From assembly GCA_963725665.1 (NCBI GenBank), contig CAVRZA010000011.1, positions 1 through 64,000 of the forward strand: a DNA stretch of 64,000 nt. The letters are read 5' to 3'. Within the stretch, counting starts at the first letter, position 1, and the number at the start of each line of letters is the position of its first letter. Below, one piece after another: positions 62,166-64,000 of the stretch. The notes below the pieces were generated by a model, which was not told where the DNA came from, ran no database searches, and worked only from the letters and a program-made list of their open reading frames with translations. The stretch comes from an uncultured Actinomycetes bacterium. GTDB lineage: Bacteria; Actinomycetota; Thermoleophilia; UBA2241. The translations under genes were made by a program, and so were the position numbers.

Positions 62166-62277
62166 AAGCTGCGCGGGTGGATGTATCGGGGGTGTCTGCC
62201 GGGGACGCGCAGTAGCCACAGGCGGGATCGGCGGCGCAGCAGACACGCCGGCATCGCCACACGAGGAGGAGGCGCAC

Positions 62278-63603
62278 ATGGAGTCATCCGCCGTGCCACG
62301 ATCGGCCCTCGAGGAGCGCGTCGTCGCCGATGCGGCTGAGCGCAGCGACGAGCTGGTGGGCCTGGTAGCCGACCTCGTGGCCTGCGACACGACGGCGCGC
62401 AACCCGGGCGACCCGCCGCGCGACGAGGCCCGGCTGCAGGAGTACCTGCGCAGCCGCCTCGAGGCGCTGGGCGCAGAGACCGACCTCTGGGAACCCGAAC
62501 CGACCGGTAAGGGCAATCCCTTCGTCCCAGACGACCAGGACTTCGTCGGACGGCCGCAGCTCGCCGCCTACCTGAAGGGCACCGGCGATGGCAAGAGCCT
62601 GCTCCTGAACGGACACATCGACGCCGTATCGACCGAGCCGCGCGGGCAATGGACGAACGACCCGTTCAAGGCCACAGTCCGCAACGGCAGGCTCTACGGA
62701 CGCGGCAGTTGCGACATGAAGGGCGGCATCGCCGACATGCTCTTCGCCCTCGAGACCTTGCACCGCCTCGGCGTGCGCCTCGGCGGCGACGTCGTCTTCT
62801 GCACCGACACCGACGAGGAGCAGAGCGGCGCCGGCGCCCTCGCCAGCGCCGCGCACGGCGTACGCGCCGACGCGGGGCTCTGCGCCGAACCGACCGCGTT
62901 CGACGTCTGGGTGGCCTGCCGCGGGTGCGTGAACCCGACCGTGACCATCGAGGGGCGACCCGGACATGCCGAGTGCGTGCAGCCCGACTGGCGCGAGGGC
63001 GGCGCCGTGAACGCGATCGAGAAGCTGCGCATCGTGCTAGAGGCCGTGCGCGACCTGCGCGATGACTGGCGCTCGGACCCAGCCAATCGTCATCCCTACG
63101 TCGGCCCGCCCGACATCGTGCCGACAGTCGTCAGGGGCGGGGAGTGGATGGTCACCTATCCCTCGTCGTGTTCCCTCACCTTCGACGTGCAGTACCTGCC
63201 CGCGCGGGTCGACGCGGACGGCACCGGCCAGGCGGTCTTCCGCGAGGTGGAGGAACGCGTCGCGGCGGTCGCTTCGCTGGACCCCTGGCTGCGCGAGCAT
63301 CCCGTCGAGTGGGAGTGGCCCTGGGACATCGTGCCGGCCGAGGTGCCCGACGACCATCCCCTCGTCGCCATGACCCTCCAGGCGGGCGCGACGGTCGGCA
63401 GGAGGGGGAAGATCGGCGGCCTCGACTCGTGGCACGACGCCGCCGTCTTCACGCTGCGCGCCGGCACGCCGACGGTCTCGTTCGGCCCCGGCAGCATCGC
63501 GCAGGCGCACACCATCGACGAGTACGTACCCGTACGGGACCTCGTCGATCACGCGGCGGCCGTCGCGCTGGTGCTCATGCGCTGGTGCGGCGTCGCCAGC
63601 TGA
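62278..63603 (+). CDS. M20 family ArgE/DapE-type deacylase
   Basis: LLNGHID.V, YGRG.CDMKGG, DEE, EPT, FGPG....AH..DE; GAGGAGG SD before ATG 62278. Confidence 0.9.
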   Translation: MESSAVPRSALEERVVADAAERSDELVGLVADLVACDTTARNPGDPPRDEARLQEYLRSRLEALGAETDLWEPEPTGKGNPFVPDDQDFVGRPQLAAYLKGTGDGKSLLLNGHIDAVSTEPRGQWTNDPFKATVRNGRLYGRGSCDMKGGIADMLFALETLHRLGVRLGGDVVFCTDTDEEQSGAGALASAAHGVRADAGLCAEPTAFDVWVACRGCVNPTVTIEGRPGHAECVQPDWREGGAVNAIEKLRIVLEAVRDLRDDWRSDPANRHPYVGPPDIVPTVVRGGEWMVTYPSSCSLTFDVQYLPARVDADGTGQAVFREVEERVAAVASLDPWLREHPVEWEWPWDIVPAEVPDDHPLVAMTLQAGATVGRRGKIGGLDSWHDAAVFTLRAGTPTVSFGPGSIAQAHTIDEYVPVRDLVDHAAAVALVLMRWCGVAS

Positions 63604-63774
63604 AGACCGCGCCCTCGTCGCCAGGGTGTCGTCCACACAAGGCAGCGGCCATCATGCCGGGCAGAGCTGTGTCCGGGTAGCGAGGGTCCGCGCCGCACGC
63701 CGCCAGCGGTTATGCCTGTCGCCCTCATCGGGCAAGAAGGCGACAGATGTGGTGACCGTGCGCGACCCCAGCCG

Positions 63775-64000
63775 ATGAACGTCTACGACCTTGCTGCTCT
63801 CCTCTTCATCGCCGCGTTCGCTGTGGTCGGCTTGCGTCTTGGGCTCCTGCGCACCGCCCTCCACTTGGCCGGGTTTGCCTTCGCCCTGTTCCTCGCGCTC
63901 CGCGTCGAAGGGCCTCTCGGAGGCGCGGTGGCAGTGCTCCTGCACACACCGCCGTGGGCGACACAGCTCGCCACGTTCGTCGTCATTCTCATCGCCGTCG
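63775..64000 (+). CDS. CvpA (colicin V production) family membrane protein, truncated by window end
   Basis: MNVYDLAALLFIAAFAVVGLRLGLLRTALHLAG.. fits the CvpA N-terminal pattern. Confidence 0.6.
   Translation, partial: MNVYDLAALLFIAAFAVVGLRLGLLRTALHLAGFAFALFLALRVEGPLGGAVAVLLHTPPWATQLATFVVILIAV

Overview
High-GC chromosomal window, most consistent with an anaerobic or microaerophilic Actinomycetota (Thermoleophilia-like) genome; the taxonomy is inference only. No rRNA, tRNA, CRISPR array or transposase was recognised. Main blocks: (1) 49-9.7k, a corrinoid/MttB-family methyltransferase locus with an atypical LysA/ODC-fold decarboxylase, APC permease, cupin-like protein, DUF3786 and a dimethylglycine/sarcosine dehydrogenase-like enzyme; (2) 10-23k, mixed genes including a solo Cas4/AddB-like nuclease, a secreted penta-heme cytochrome c with IPT/TIG domains, and secreted M14 and SGNH hydrolases sharing an Ig-like module; (3) 23.9-42.4k, DsbA+VKOR converging on two tandem giant (about 1850 and 2200 aa) secreted multicopper oxidases (MCOs) with FN3/Ig stalks (OmpB/MofA-like), a decayed second VKOR between them and a divergent two-component system; (4) 43.6-47.6k, a second MttB, NylB-like hydrolase and BKACE; (5) 48-59.3k, a csnREFGHK-like amino-sugar oligomer cluster with two CsnR-type operators, apparent non-canonical starts (ACG, ATA) and an added fold-III PLP enzyme; (6) MarR-MFS, M20 deacylase and a partial CvpA. 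Many genes carry small frameshifts, probably long-read assembly errors, and several true deletion relics are present.
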